DNA from: Lingula anatina
Lineage: Eukaryota; Animalia; Brachiopoda
Assembly (NCBI GenBank): GCA_051362555.1
Contig: CM120647.1
Coordinates: forward strand, 18,390,651-18,454,650
DNA: 64,000 nucleotides
Direction: 5' to 3'
The notes under the pieces were generated by a model. That model was not told the DNA's origin, did not search any database, and worked only from the letters and a program-made list of their open reading frames with translations. The position numbers were made by a program, and so were the translations under genes. The first letter of the stretch is position 1; each line of letters starts with the position of its first letter. Of the stretch, positions 11,885 through 26,500 are shown piece by piece.

Positions 11885-12431
11885 CATCTGCTAATAGGTA
11901 GTGGATGTAATATTTATCCTGGGCATTTATCATCAATGCTGAGCACTGAAAATGGAAAATTTCAACAGCATATGCAATTGAAATTGTCCAACCTGCCCCC
12001 CCCCTCCATCAAGTCATACAGAATTGACTATTTGTAACCCCTCAAATTAAAAAGAGCCATACCATCTGTCACCCCTCAATATGGGAAAAACTCATCCCAT
12101 CTTTAAACTTTCAAATCAAATACTCAACCAACCTGTCATCTCTCAAAATAAATAAAACTCATACTACCTGTAACCGCTTATATATATATCGTCAGTAAAT
12201 GCCGACATTCCAGAAAATACTTGCTGAAAAACATTGATTATACGCACTGATTTTCAAAATGTACTTATATATTTGTCTCAAAATCACATTCATTTATAAT
12301 GCAACGTAACCGCATTCTCTTGTTACCTTTATGCGCGATGTGGCGCTAACGTCACACGTGTATTTTTTTGTGCAACGTTTCGCATTGACCGTTTATAGTC
12401 AGAGTCTTCTTTGTATTTTGTTCTGTTTTCG

Positions 12432-12468
12432 CCCCTGACGAGGCCTCCGGGACGAAACAGCTGTAGGG
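12432..12468 (+). ncRNA. Minimal type I hammerhead ribozyme motif, Penelope-like element type
   Basis: CCC-CUGACGA-GGCC(UCCG)GGAC-GAAA-CAGCUG-UA-GGG. Both core boxes present, helix II with one mismatch, palindromic CAGCUG helix III, GUA cleavage triplet, 3-bp helix I. Confidence 0.65.
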
Positions 12469-12700
12469 ACTTATAAATTAAAATGGAGAGAACAGATTAA
12501 CTTTGTTCGTTTTCTTGTCTTTCTGTACCAATTCCCCATGGTCCGTCACCATGGGTCGATCACTTTTCCAAAGTATGCTGTTTAATGCTATACTTAGATA
12601 ATATTGTTAAGTGTATGCATACTGTTAGTACAGTAACTTTTAACTGTTCCATGCTTAGTTACTTCATGTGTCCATGTAAGCTGTGTGTTTATGTTTATAA

Positions 12701-12954
12701 ATGATTACGAATTCACCGGTAGATCGGACCACACTACTCGTTTTCAAGGTGTGAGTCAGTATGCATTTCACAGTACCATGTCCTGGAACAAATTTTGAGA
12801 TGAGATGCACTACTTACCAACCCCACTGAGAAGCATCACTATCACATTGCGTACTAGGCAAGAGCGGTGTCGCGCCTGATACTTCAAAGTGCGTATTGAC
12901 GCATTCCTTGAAAATGGGTATTGTGGTCTGATCTGTCGGTGAATTCAGGATCAT
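12701..12954. mobile_element. MITE (~250 bp)
   Basis: ~48-bp imperfect TIRs ATGATTACGAATTCACCGGTAGATCGGACCACA...TTTTCAAGG / CCTTGAAAA...TGTGGTCTGATCTGTCGGTGAATTCAGGATCAT. Confidence 0.6.
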
Positions 12955-14646
12955 TCGGTGCCGAGTCTGGTAGTTTGGTAGGCCTGGTTATTATAATGTC
13001 ATAATATCTGTTTGAAACGTGCTGTGTACTACAGTGTTAAACATGAGTCTATGTGTGGCAATGTCAGCATTTCTTTAAGTAAAGATCTTTTAGTAATGTG
13101 ATTATGTCTTGGTATGAAATACCCGTTTTTTTTTTTGTTTTTTTTTGTGTGTGTGTGCGTCATAATATCTAGTTGTATTGTGTTGTGCCTTTGTAATGAA
13201 AGGTTATAATGTATTTTATAAATGGTACAAGAGAGAGTATATTTTGTATAATGTGCTCATTTATTTGCTACGTACAGTAAAAACTTGAAAATTTAGTCTT
13301 GAATTTTTTACTGAAAACGATTCTCCTCTGACATCATTTCTTTTACTTAGAAAATTTTCTCAAACTTAAAAATAGGCCCCTGGATAATTTTGAAAAGTTC
13401 TACACCCGATATTTCCACATTGAATTCAGGTATTTTCAAATATTATTAATAATAATTAATTTTTAAGTGACAATGTTTTAACTGTAATAAAACTTTTTGA
13501 AAAAAATTAGTTATGTGGACATTCAGAAAATGTAACTAGCTCAGACTCCATAAAACATTAATAATTTATTTACTGTTTAGGTATATGACGTTGCCCTTTG
13601 ATTATATCAAGCGAGAAAGAATTTGCCTTAACCTGTCTATTTTTCTAAATGATTTGCAAAATAGAATAAAAATTTCACCTTTGAATTCATAATCTAAATG
13701 TATCTACCAAGCAAGTTGGTTTAATCTTTATCATAACTAATAGTCACTTATTACAAGATTCATTGTAAAAGACCACAAATGTTAACAAATAAGTCGTAAT
13801 AATTGAGACAATGACTACTGGCACCTAATTCCTAACACAAAAGATAATATTTAATGCTACTTACAAATAGCACCAGTTTTCTTTTTCTTCAGTTTTTTTT
13901 TTATTTTTGTCATATAGCTTTTGGCTATTTGACCCAGATTTACAATCTTGGATGGGAAATTAAATGATAGTCTTACAGCTAGCTCTACATTTTGACCTTA
14001 CCTATAATCCCGCAGTGTGCAACCTAACACAAACCCTATGTTTGACACAGAAAGTATGGGCCCTTTTATATATCAACACACGCAGCTTTCTATATCACAC
14101 CAGTTTGAGAGACAGACTTGGAGAATTGTTTAAACAAATTATTTTTGATTGGTACATTGGGGTTTGTGAAATGGAGTACTGGTAAAAACCTTCCAGTAGT
14201 GTATAATTTCATGTTGGGACCATTCAAACTAGTGTGATACAGAAGCCTGTACGGCCTGATGTCAGGAACTGTTTTCTGCAAGATGGTGGCTATACCACCA
14301 AACTTTTTCTGTGATGAAGAAATCGAGGTCTGATTAAGCCCAACCTTTTGACATCAATTGTCTGACTTTCTGTCTGATGTCAGATATGTCCGCCAATTTG
14401 AAAAACATGATAAGATGTTGCCGCCGTTTTTCAACTGTTCAGTCAAGGACTAATCAGGACCAAAAAAATGGCAAAATTTGTCTTATCAGATGACCATATT
14501 GTATAGAAAAACACCCACTGTATTGATTTCCAGTCTAAAAATAATTCCAATCTGAACGATATGACTTGAGTTAGTAGAAATGTCTGAACATAACCAAAAT
14601 ACACTCAGTGACATGACTAGAAAAAAAAACTGAATTATTTGGTAGG

Positions 14647-17600
14647 TTAAAAGTCACCGAAAGGGTTAAGAGGCTCGGGCTTTGAAATTCTCGGGCCTGT
14701 GTTCTCTGGAACAAACTGTGCAGTCTGAAATACAGAAGAAAAAAATTTGAAATTAATTCTTCACTCATAAATAAGTATCAAAAAGTTTTCAAAATATAAG
14801 TTTTCCAATAGAGTAGAGGATTAAACAGTGACCTAAACAGCCAATAACAATAAAAACAATAATAATAATGAATTATTTAACATTTATTCTGTTTACATTT
14901 ATGGGCACTTTTAACAACTGTCTAATTATTCATTTACTTATTATCAGTAATTAAAATGGGAATTTATTAACCTTAAAGACTCCTCTTCCAAAATAGTCAG
15001 CCACCACTGAGAAACCATCTGTGGACCTCTCAAGCTGAAATACAAAAGTTGTTATCATTGGCTGCTTTACAGACTTCTCAAGCTGAATTACAAGACCTGA
15101 TATCATTGGCCAGGAAGCAGACACGAAGCAAGTGCTGCATCGTGAGAGTAAAATATCCATGTACTTGTCAAAGAACATTTCATCTAAGAAAAAATCTTAG
15201 GGTCAGAAGGATTCTTATTCCACACAATAGATCAGTGAAAACTGAAAACACTGAAAGTAAAATTGTGTGGAGAATATCTCAAATATCACACTCATTTTAT
15301 ATCACGATTTTCTCAAAATCAGTAATTTCTTCACAGCAGAAATTGCACTATCAATCATGAATTCAACCACCTTTTAGAATGTTACAATTATATATATGGG
15401 TAATAGTGTCAAAAACACTATTTATTCATAAATTTGTGTCTGAATTTAGTGAGTAATTCCCTGAACTACTTCTCACCTGGTGGTGGAATTGTTCATGTAG
15501 ATCTTTACTTTGTTCTTGAGCACGTATGATGTCCAGCAGCTTCCTAGAAATGTGAGTTAAAAAGTAAAAATATGGGAACATTTTGGCCAAAAGGTAGTAC
15601 TTTAAATGATGTTTGTTTCAGCAACTTGTTAACTGAAGAGTATAAAAAGCCAGGTAATGCCTTAAATCAAATTTTAAAAATCTTAAAAATAAAAATAACT
15701 CTCCTCTATTCATAACTATTTAACTTACAAAAATAATTTAATAAGCAATACCTACTGATTTTTTTAAAATACTTTTTGGTTCTCAATTTTGAATAAAGAA
15801 ACATGACTTCCTGTCCTAATTAGACCCTCCAGCCACCTGACCATGTTTCAATAGCATATATTGACTCGACCAACTTAGGTATAATTATGAATTTATTTTT
15901 GTTATATATATTATGCATATTCTTGGCTTGTAAAAATACTGTGTACTTTCTGCTCACATTGGAATAAATTATCTATCTATCCAGCTTGACCATGTGGACC
16001 TGGGCACTGCTGACCACTCACCTGTTCTCTGGAAGACACACTGGACACTCCGCCTCATTGTCTGAGTAACTCTCAAAGCAACTGGAAATATATTTTAAAG
16101 CAAATAAATAAATAAATCAACAAATTAATAAATACTGCCTGATTTGTGGCCATACATAGATGAAGTCAAAAACAAACAAACAAACAAGATTACTGTTCAT
16201 GAATTTTTAAGGTTTTCCATTTGCCTAGTGCTTCTTATTTTCATGTATGCAAGACAATAATAATAATAATAATAATAACAATAATAATAATAATACTAAT
16301 AACTTACTGTTGATGATAAGAGTGCTGACACAGAAAGTGGACAGAAGGAAGTTCCAATCCGTAGCCACAAGCACTACATTTAGACACCTGGAAGATCTTT
16401 GCACTGGGAACAAGAAATATGCACTGGTATATGATCTGATATTTAATGATACTAAAGACTCATTGGCTATCACTTGCACACTGATATCTATCAGTAGTGA
16501 GTTTCAAGTTGGCTTTGAAAGCCAACACAAAATTGTGAAGAAAAGAGATGGCAGTGGACCTTTTTCAAAATCACAGAAATTTCAGAACTAAAAATGTGCA
16601 GCTGTGTTTGTGTATGTGTAATGTGTGTATATACATGAGTGCCTGTGTGTGTATGTGTGTGTCACGGGGGAATGCGGCCATAAATCTTCATCTCTACAGG
16701 AACATGAGGATAAGGAAACCCGTTATTTTGATGTGCCTCTACCACTGTGCTTTTTAAAATATTTTTGACAATAATAAATATAAATACAAACTTACCTGGT
16801 TTTGAGTTCCTCTATTTGTTTTCTCATCTTCTCAGTCTCCTCTCTATACTGATTGATAAGTCTTTGGTCCTCTGCAATCTGATCACTCTCATATTGTAGA
16901 CGGCGAGTGATGTAGTCCTAATTGTAGAATTATAATAAGAGATGGAAGTAGACCTTTTAAAAATTGCATAAAATGCAAGCTTCGAAAATGTGAAGCTGTG
17001 TGTTTGTGTGTGTGTGTATGGAGTGGCAGTGGTGGTGGTGGTAGCTTTGCCATAATTTGATCTTGTTGCTATATCCTACCGTGGAACTTGTTGCTAGGTC
17101 CTGTTTCAAAACTATATCTTACCTTGACAACAGCCAGCGTTGCCGTGGAGCTTGTTGCTAAGGTCTGTATAACAATGAGAGGAGGAAGTAGGTTCTTCTT
17201 ATCAATTTGGCTGAGAACTTCCATCATGTGAGTCTTACAATTCTCCTCCTTTCTGGCAAAGTATGCCAAAGCTTGTGTCCACAGATTTTGATCTTTATCC
17301 CTGAAATTGTAGAAGGTGTCATGTTATCCGACAAAAAATCAAAATGCTCTTCGTGGCAAAGTATTTGTCACTGGTCCTCGTCTTTGTAATGATAACGTTT
17401 TGTTCAAACCAATTTTCTTACATGAATAAATATTAATATTAGGTAATAGTTCATTTCCACTCCCATGCCCCCCCCCCAAAAAAAAGCCTCATACTTACCC
17501 AAATCTCTTACATGTGTCTATGACATGTACATACTCATTGTGTTCCATGTGGTAACGTAATATCTGCTGGTATCTGAAAGTATAATATCGTTATCACTTA

Positions 17601-19543
17601 ATAACTTTGAACAACAAGAATATAACCACCTCCACCTTCAATCAATCAATAAATCAATCAATAAACAAATAAATAAACAAACAAACAAAAGTTTTCAAAA
17701 TTGTCAGTAACACTAAAAATGTTTAAAAACTTTTGTTGTATTTGTGTCAGAAAGTACATTTTGTGAGTGTCAGAAAATCATTATTCTTGAAATTAAAAAA
17801 AATATGACAAAAAGTTAATAGGTTTTGTAAGTTTTCAGTAACTCCAATATTTACTGCTTTTATATTATAACATAAAATACCCATCATATAACTTACAGTC
17901 TTGCCTTCTCATACAGATACAGTATTCCAGCCTTGAAGTTGTTCATCTGGCACAATACCAAAGCCTGGTCCAGGTCGTAACCCGCCTAAAATATAGAACA
18001 AACAACCTGGATTTCTCTTATACCAAAGCCTACCTTTTAATAATAGCTTTATAGTATTAAGTACAGAGAAAAGTTATACCAAGTAGGGCTGACACAGCTT
18101 GTATCTGAACATGCACCCAGACGTTCCTATTAACATGTGGATACTTACATCAGGGTTCTGTAGCAGGTCCAGTGTCTTCCTCTCTCTCTCTGTTTTGGAG
18201 CTGATGTCAGTCTCGTGAACAATGCAATGTAGATACAGTTCCAGTAGTGTGTTGTACACCAGAGCTGGGGAGTTGGGTTGGACCTAAGCAAAAAACAAGG
18301 AGTACTATGAGTGTAGATACAGTTCCAGTATTGTTGGGTTGGACCTGAGCAAAAACAAGGAGTACTTTAGAGTGTAAATAAAGTTCCAGAAGTGTTAAAA
18401 ATTCACCTGTTTTGAAAATAAAAAGAAATGACTCATGTTTTAGACCAACAGTCTCGGTAACTACGTACTACAGTCTTCATGAATTGAAGTTCAAAAAACT
18501 TTCAAGCAGAAGTTCTCTTGTGAAACCAGTAGTAGGGCTAAATATGCTGGTTTGAGAGTCACTGAAAGAGTCACTTTAAGGCCCCATTCATAACAGATGA
18601 TCGGATTACTAACTGATCTGCCAACTAAATATGGCCTACCACACTTCAAAAGAGATGCCTCTGATTCCTGATAGTAGCTTCCTGCCTCCACATGGGCCAC
18701 TAAACGGATTAAATCTCTGGTCCGATGTTTCATTGCTAGGCCCCTGCAGTGACGGCAAGAGTGGAGGCAGGGAGACCATCGAGAATCAGCGGCATCACTT
18801 TTGAAGTGTAGTCAGCCAAATTTTGTGTCGTTGGATCAGTTAGTAATCGGATCATCTGTTCTGAATGGGGCCAAAGAGTCACTGAGTACATGATAGAGCT
18901 TCCTACCTTCACCATGTGCTCTAAGAACTCTGTCAGCCTTTGAGAGTTGTTCACAAAGATGTGGATGAACTCGTCTGCATTTGCTCTTTGGATTTTGGGA
19001 ACTTCTCCTTAAAAATGAAAGAGACAAATTAGGGCTGTGCAATCAATACAACTTCTAGGCAAGCAAGATGTAGAGATGTACATATTCAGTGAATCTTTCC
19101 TTTTCAATCTGACTTTTCTTTTTTTCTTTTTTTATTTTTTATTAATTTATTTATTTATTTTTTTTTTTTTGGGGGGGGGGGGTGGAGGGAAGGAACATCT
19201 GATTTAGCAATAAGTGAACTAATGTATGCTTCAATTTAACCAGTCTATAACTATAATTAAAACTATGAGGTATCATTTTGCCAAGTCGACATAATAAGAA
19301 CATGATAGTGAAAGAATAAGTAAAAACAACAAAAAATCCAGTACTCATACCTCCTAAGGTATTCATGTCCACCAGAGGCTCTAGAAAAAAAAGCAATTTT
19401 TCAAGGAGAAAAAGTGCAAAATTATAACACTTAAATAATAAGATTATAGATGCATTATAAAGTATGTTACAAATATTGAGGTTAGAGTTATTTACCTCAT
19501 ACATACATAAAGTCATATAAATGCACACATGCGCTAATGCATG

Positions 19544-19584
<41 letters not shown>

Positions 19585-20461
19585 TTACTGTTACTAGGTC
19601 TATAGTCAGTACAGAGTCTCTTGAGCAATTCTGTTGTTTCCTGTGGGACTTCAGCCATAAGAACTTTACCATAGCGCTTCAGATTGCTCTCAGCCTAGAA
19701 CAAGTTATTTCTAATACATAATTTGGTCTCAGTACTGTTACAGTATAAAATTTCATTTCAGAACGTTCATGAAATTTTTACATCACCAGATTTAAACTCT
19801 AGCATTAGCCTTTTTGAATTTTGTAATACATAAATTTTCTGACTTTTCCTTTAGCAAATTGTGAAATTTGCTTTTTTTTCACTTTTTATTTCCAAATTTG
19901 GGTTCCTCCTCAGTCTATAACTCCCATCCTACCTCCATGAAGTCCAGTTTCCCTATATAGTCCAGAGCCTTCTGGTAGTTCTTAATGCTCTCCAGCTGAA
20001 TCCTCAGGTACCACTCATGTTTGTTGTGGAGTTCAGCCAAAAACAGGGCGTGGTCATAGTAGGCTGCTTGACGGCACACTTTTATGGCTGTCTCAACATC
20101 GAAATCTATCTCGCGATCTTTGGTCTTGAATAAAAGAGTAAAATGTGCATTGAAGATTTATTGCAACTTAGCTGAGTGGACTTATGAGTCTAATGCACAT
20201 GGTAACATAGGCTGTATTCCCAGAGCTTTTAGATCGATCTATCCCCGCGGGGAGTCTCACTAGATTACTGTCAGATAATCCGGCTTAAATGTCCGTCCCG
20301 CCTACTACAAGCTGTAAGGGGGTAATTAACTTTCGTGTCCGCTCGGCTGACAGCTATTTAGCGTGAACCCCCAGGGAGTTAGGTCGATCTAAAGTAGATC
20401 GATCTAATCTCTGGAAAGGGGGTCATAGTTTTACCAAACAAATTCACTTCAGAAGAAAAAC

Positions 20462-20521
<60 letters not shown>

Positions 20522-23500
20522 TTAACATACTCATCTCTGACTCACTTTATAACATCTCTTAGGTACAGCAGTAAGAGGTAAAATCATGAAGTAAAAATAG
20601 TACAATATCACTATGGACATAAACAACCAAACTGCAATATAAAGCATTATATATAAAACATACTGAATAATAAACACATACAAAACATACCATAATGAAC
20701 TCATCTAGCTTAGAGACATCTTTGAGTTTGGTATAGCAGTTCAGTAACAAGGTGGTGTGGTCTTCTGTCGCCTGTTGTGCCTTGTGGAGGGCCTGGAGGT
20801 ACGCTGTCAGGTTATGTATCCTTTGGGCATCTAAAAACTGGAAAATACGAAATAATAAAATAACAATAAGAATCATTGCTTATAAGTGCATTCATCTCAG
20901 CAATGTCGCAAGAACTATTTACTGGTATGCAGATCTGATCATCTGTCATACTAAATACCTCAGAGAATTTACTGGTATGCAGACCATAATAATAGAGGTG
21001 CTTCAAATACTTGGGTGAAGTTATACTCTAAATTTAGCTGTTGTGCTCACTAAACATCACATGAATAAGAAACAAAACGATAAATTTTGTCAAGAGACCC
21101 TGTTTACATAGTGTCACTGCTTATCGATTTTGTCTGTCCTAATTAGTTTAAAATAATTAATAAATGAGTAATCTCCAACCAGTCTTACCTTTCTTATGAC
21201 ATAAGAAGCCTCCAGTTTACCTATAGTCTTAATGTACTGAGCTATAGCGCCATCATGGTCTCCCTTACTGAAATATCATTGAAAATATTTTTAAAGGAAA
21301 AGTTTCCAATTTTATTTGCTACAAACAAGTAAAGCTTCATGGTATTTTTTTCTAAAAAATTAGAGCTTGGATTGTAAATGCACCATGGTGTTGATAATTC
21401 ATTCCAAGAAAATTAAATCCAATATGGCTGTAAATGTACCATGGTGCTCACGAGTTGTACTAAAAAGAGCAGACCTAACTTGGATGTAATTGTGCCATGG
21501 GTCTCAGGAGTTGTGCTATGAGCACATTCAGAACAGCAGATAAACAGATATGTGGATCAAATGTGGCGACCCACTAAAAAGCTTGAAGCTTAATTTTCAA
21601 TAAGACACTGAATAGGTATCCCGCATGGATTACGCATCAAGCATTTGAGTGGGTCGGCCATATTTGATCCGTGGATTTGTTAATCCGCTGTTCTGAATGT
21701 GCTCTATGAAGAGCAACCCTTAGGCTAACCTGGCTGTGAATCAGCCTTCCTGCTCACGTGACTTACCTATACAAATGGTCTCCATATTGCCGAAATATGT
21801 CAATGAGGCCTTCTTGGTCATACTGCTGACTCTTGGCTAGGCTAGAAAAATAAAATAAGAATAAATTGCATAAATATATAAATAACATCTTAGTGTTTTG
21901 CAAGTTAATTTAATGTTGTTTTAAAGTTTACAGTTGGTTTCATTTTTTTAATATAAATAGAAAAGGCACGCAGGTTATGTCAACAGCATATTATTTCAAA
22001 CACTTTAAATATTTTTTCCATAACAATATTTTAATTTTGATTTTATGTATAGGAAAGTTTACTTTTTAAATGGAGTATTTGAATTGAATTTTTTCCTTAA
22101 ACAACTAAAAATGTCTAATTTAAAAAAATGTTTTAAAATAAACATAAAATCAAAATTACAAAACAACACTTCTCATAAGAAAAAAGAAGTTAGTGTATCA
22201 ATAAAATGTACTAACTTGATAGCAACTTGATAGAGATTTTTCTTGAACAGCATCTCCAGCTTAGTCTGCGTGTCTTTCTCCTGTAGTAAATACATCTGAA
22301 ATGACAAATAAATTCCACCTCAAACACTTCTTCATTAAATTTTGTACTAAAAAAGATATTTTAAACTCAAAATTCCACAAAAAATATGATCAACCAATAT
22401 TTACTAATTTGTACCATGTGGAAAAAAACAACACTTCAGTTACGCCATAACTGAGACAATAAATAACACACACCTTTCCGTCTCCAGATATAATATAGAG
22501 GGCGCCCCACTCACTGACGACATCAATCACCTCAGGAATGGGTACAGAGCAGGCAATAAACTTGTTCTGGATGTCGTACACTGTAACAATGTGCATGTCA
22601 AGGTTCTGGTTGGCCCTGCAGTCATGATAAATAATGATCAATTAAGTAATCTATAAATAACTTTTAAATTAGTTTTCAAAAGATATTTGGACGGGTCTGA
22701 AGTTTTCATTTTTTATCACCTTTCATATTGACAAGAATAAGTACAAAAAGGAGAGAGATTTCATACCAGTCAACAACTTTCTTCTTTGAAAATCTTTTTT
22801 TTTTAATCGGAGAGAGGTTGCACAAAAATTATCACAAGTAATAAATAGAAATATACATTTTAACCCACATGGTGAATATTTTTACACAAATGAAAGTCCT
22901 TTATGACACAGGATAATTAGATAAATTTGATATTTTGTAAAAAAAAAAAAACAAAAAAAAAAAAAAAACTCTCACATGGGCCTGGGTATCCCCTTGCTGT
23001 CCTTTCCAACCACAACCAAATAGCCCCTGAACCAGTGTAACTGTAACTTCTCTCCCTCAAATACCAGGCACGGCCCTCGACCATCTGGCTGGTAGAAATA
23101 GACTGCCTGGAATGGTTCACAGAACAGTGTTAGGTGTGACGGTGTGCTAGTTGAGTGACTTGTGACATTGTAACTTGCACACACCGCATACAAGATTTTT
23201 CACCAGTTACACACGCACACAAATCTTTAATACTCCCTTTCTCTTTCATGTGCACACACACACACACACACTTACACACACACACTACTTACATCTTGTC
23301 TTCCTAACACCAGCTGGTTATCCTGTGTCATGTCACTCATAATGGAACACCTCAGCTTACAACCATGCTGGTCTAAAACCTCCTGCAATAAGATGACATA
23401 ATTAGAACATATTATACCAAATAGGGTCGGCTCAACTGATATGTAAAAACATCATTATGGAACGACTCAGCTTACAAGGTGACGACATTGTCAGAATTTA

Positions 23501-26500
23501 CAGAAACTAGACTTTAGATTTAAATTTAGTTCATTGCATCTCCTGTTCATTGCATCTCACCAATCTCTTAATGACACCTGCTACGTAATAGAGAATTATC
23601 TGTTTCAGAATGACTATTAATCCGAAACATGACTGCCATTGTGATTTTAGTTGCCACTTTGAAAATTTCTAAAGAAGGGAAAAATGACCTACAAAGGCAC
23701 ACTGCTGTGCTCAGCCTAACTGACTACACATTACCTGACTTTAATTTTCTAGCACATATATTTATAATTAATTATTTAAGATAAAACTGATATCAACAGG
23801 ACTTCAAGCTCCTTGTCTCTTACTTTTGTGTCTTTATCTTTTGCTGATAGATTCATTGCCATGGTAACATGCTCCGTGACAACAAACAATATTGTCTGCC
23901 TTCCCGAGGACTTGAAGGAGAGTCCTGTGATAGGATGGGGTCCATCGTGGATCGTCCTCTGCTTGCTGTGCCTGTAACAAGATAACTGTTTTAGAGCTTG
24001 GAAGCAAGTAAAAGGAGGTGCCCTACTAGACAATATTATCGTTTTGCTGGACAAACCTAGATATCATTCTACTTGTTCCATTTTTGCTGAATTCTCATCA
24101 TTTATTTCCTAATTCAATTAACTTTTTTAAATTAAAAATTTTATTTTATTTTATTTTAAATTTACATTGTATCACCTACCTGTCCCTGGTGACATCTCCT
24201 CTAAACAGGACCACACTTCCATTCTCAAATCCCACCACCATGTGGTTCAGGTTCTCATGGACAGCAAGACAAGTCACCTAGTAATATACATGGGAAAACT
24301 GAATTTGTGTTTCTGTGTGTGGACGCGTGCATGTGTGTGGCTGTGCACTCATGCATGCGTGTACACATGTGTGTGAATGCATGTGTGTGCATGTGTGTGT
24401 GGGATTATGGTCCTCATGGACAACTAGACTGGTCAGACAGGTCAATGTACACTGTATAAAGAATGCATGGGTGTGCGTGTGAGCAGGAGCATTTAAGATT
24501 CTAATGTAGGACAAAACACTTGAAATAACTCTCTGCTTATATGTATGGAAATATCTCTGTATATTTTGTTCATATGCTGGTACATAATTTGTGCCTGAGA
24601 GAGAGAGAAAGCCTAATATTCACACTTACAGGTGTTGGTTTGTTGTTTCCTGGCAGAGCCCTCACAATTCTGGTACAGGTAGGAGAACCAAACTTATCAG
24701 GCTGGAATGCAATAGTGGAAATATTACTCTCGAAAATCATTATACCCTCCATTAAAATCAACACAATCCTAATCTCTCTAATATATTTTGTTGCTATTTT
24801 TAACTCACCTTTTAGGAAGAGAACTGGAACAAACATATCATGTCTATCTCCTGCATCACTAGTCTATGTTCAGTGTTTAAAATATTTCAAACTTACTAAA
24901 ATGGTGGCAGATTCATTTCAGAATCAAACAGGCAATAAGTAAACTAAATACAGTAACATTAAAAGCCTAAAGTCAGGTTAAGAACAATTCTAAAGACAAT
25001 TTACTGTGGGTCTGCTTTACTTTTTCTAGTTCTACAAGAATAAAATATATCCCAGTACCTTGTCCAAGTTCCAGACTTTGATCAGTGGATTGATGCCTTC
25101 CTCATCTTCCTGAACATGAACACACAAATATCATACATTTATTCATAAGACAAGCAATCAAATGTTAACAGTCAAAGTTGATTGTATGATTATAAGTTGT
25201 TGGAGAAACAAGTCTGACCTTGATCTTTCGAGAATTTCTAGACAAAATAAAAATTCATTTCTACAGTACAAGGGGTACCACTTAAAGGAGAGGAAAATGA
25301 CTGGCAGTTTTTTTTTTATTATTTTTTTTCCTTATCCTTAGATAAATGATTTGTGTCGCCCTCTACAGTTTATAATACTCATTCTTATGGTTACCAAAAT
25401 ACTGTGCTGCCCCCTTTAGTTCATAATACTTACCCCAATGGTTACCAGGATATTGTGCTGCTTCAGCTGGTAAAGATGTGATACACGGATACCATATGCT
25501 TTGAAGGAGTTTACTCGTAACTGTCTATTCATAAAATGAAGGCTGCCTTCAAAGTCTCCGAGTACAACCTGGCCCCGCCCACTCACACATGCTGATATAT
25601 TGAGTTCCTGAAGAGAAATGAAATTAGCAATTTTAAAGAACCCAGCACAACCTGCCTCTACCACTGACACTTACTGCAACAATATATTGCACCCAAGATA
25701 ACTGATATTGCTAGACACAACAAACAATATGAAACTTAGTGACACAAACAAATATACTGTATTTATTAAAAGGAGAACTTTCTTCCTGATTTAAAGAGAA
25801 GATTAAAAAAAAATAGAATGCCAAACTAACCTTGAGTTTATCGAATGGTTTATTTTCATCTGGGTCAGTGACAATTTCTTTGTCAAAGAAGTTAAACCTC
25901 CTCCACTGAAATATAAAAAAGATTTTCAGTTGAAATGATACAAATGTACCATCATTCCTTTTACTTGTCTCCCATCAACTTAGTCAGCAATTTTGAAGTA
26001 GGGATTCTTTTTTCTGAAAAAGTGGTCCTTTTACCATGAAACTTTAGTGAACCTAGATCAATTTTTATCCAGATCAGACCTTTTCGAAGTGCAATTCAAA
26101 CCTGCCTACAACTTTACCAATTTCCTGTCATATTCATCAGTTGCATGTATCAGTCTGTGCAAAAATCTTTGAAGTCCACCAAGTAATGAGGATATAAAAA
26201 TCTTCTGCTACTGTGTGAAAATAGTGACAACGCAGTAATAAACTGAATGAATTATCAAAATTTCACTTCCTCTGCTTCAAATTTATTAGCATTTGGCAGG
26301 GGACCAGATTGATATTATTATTTTTCATTTTCTGTACTATTCATTTTTCTATTCTAACAGGTCTGATAAATGGTATTTCATTATAACATAAATTATTTTA
26401 TATAATAATAATAAAAAAAAAAAAATAATAATAATATTTCATGAACATGATCAAGGTACATACAGTACTGTAATTTCATTAATTATGCAAATTTTTTTAA

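Noticed and set aside
14951-14971. VPS11 ending VNKFPF* by read-through of the penultimate exon
   Set aside because: AAG|GTTAAT is a usable donor, and an in-frame exon with a strong acceptor follows at 14724-14647. Read-through is possible but less likely.
16225-16591. Poly-Asn / poly-Leu ORFs
   Set aside because: Produced by an (AAT)n microsatellite next to a real VPS11 RING exon in another frame.
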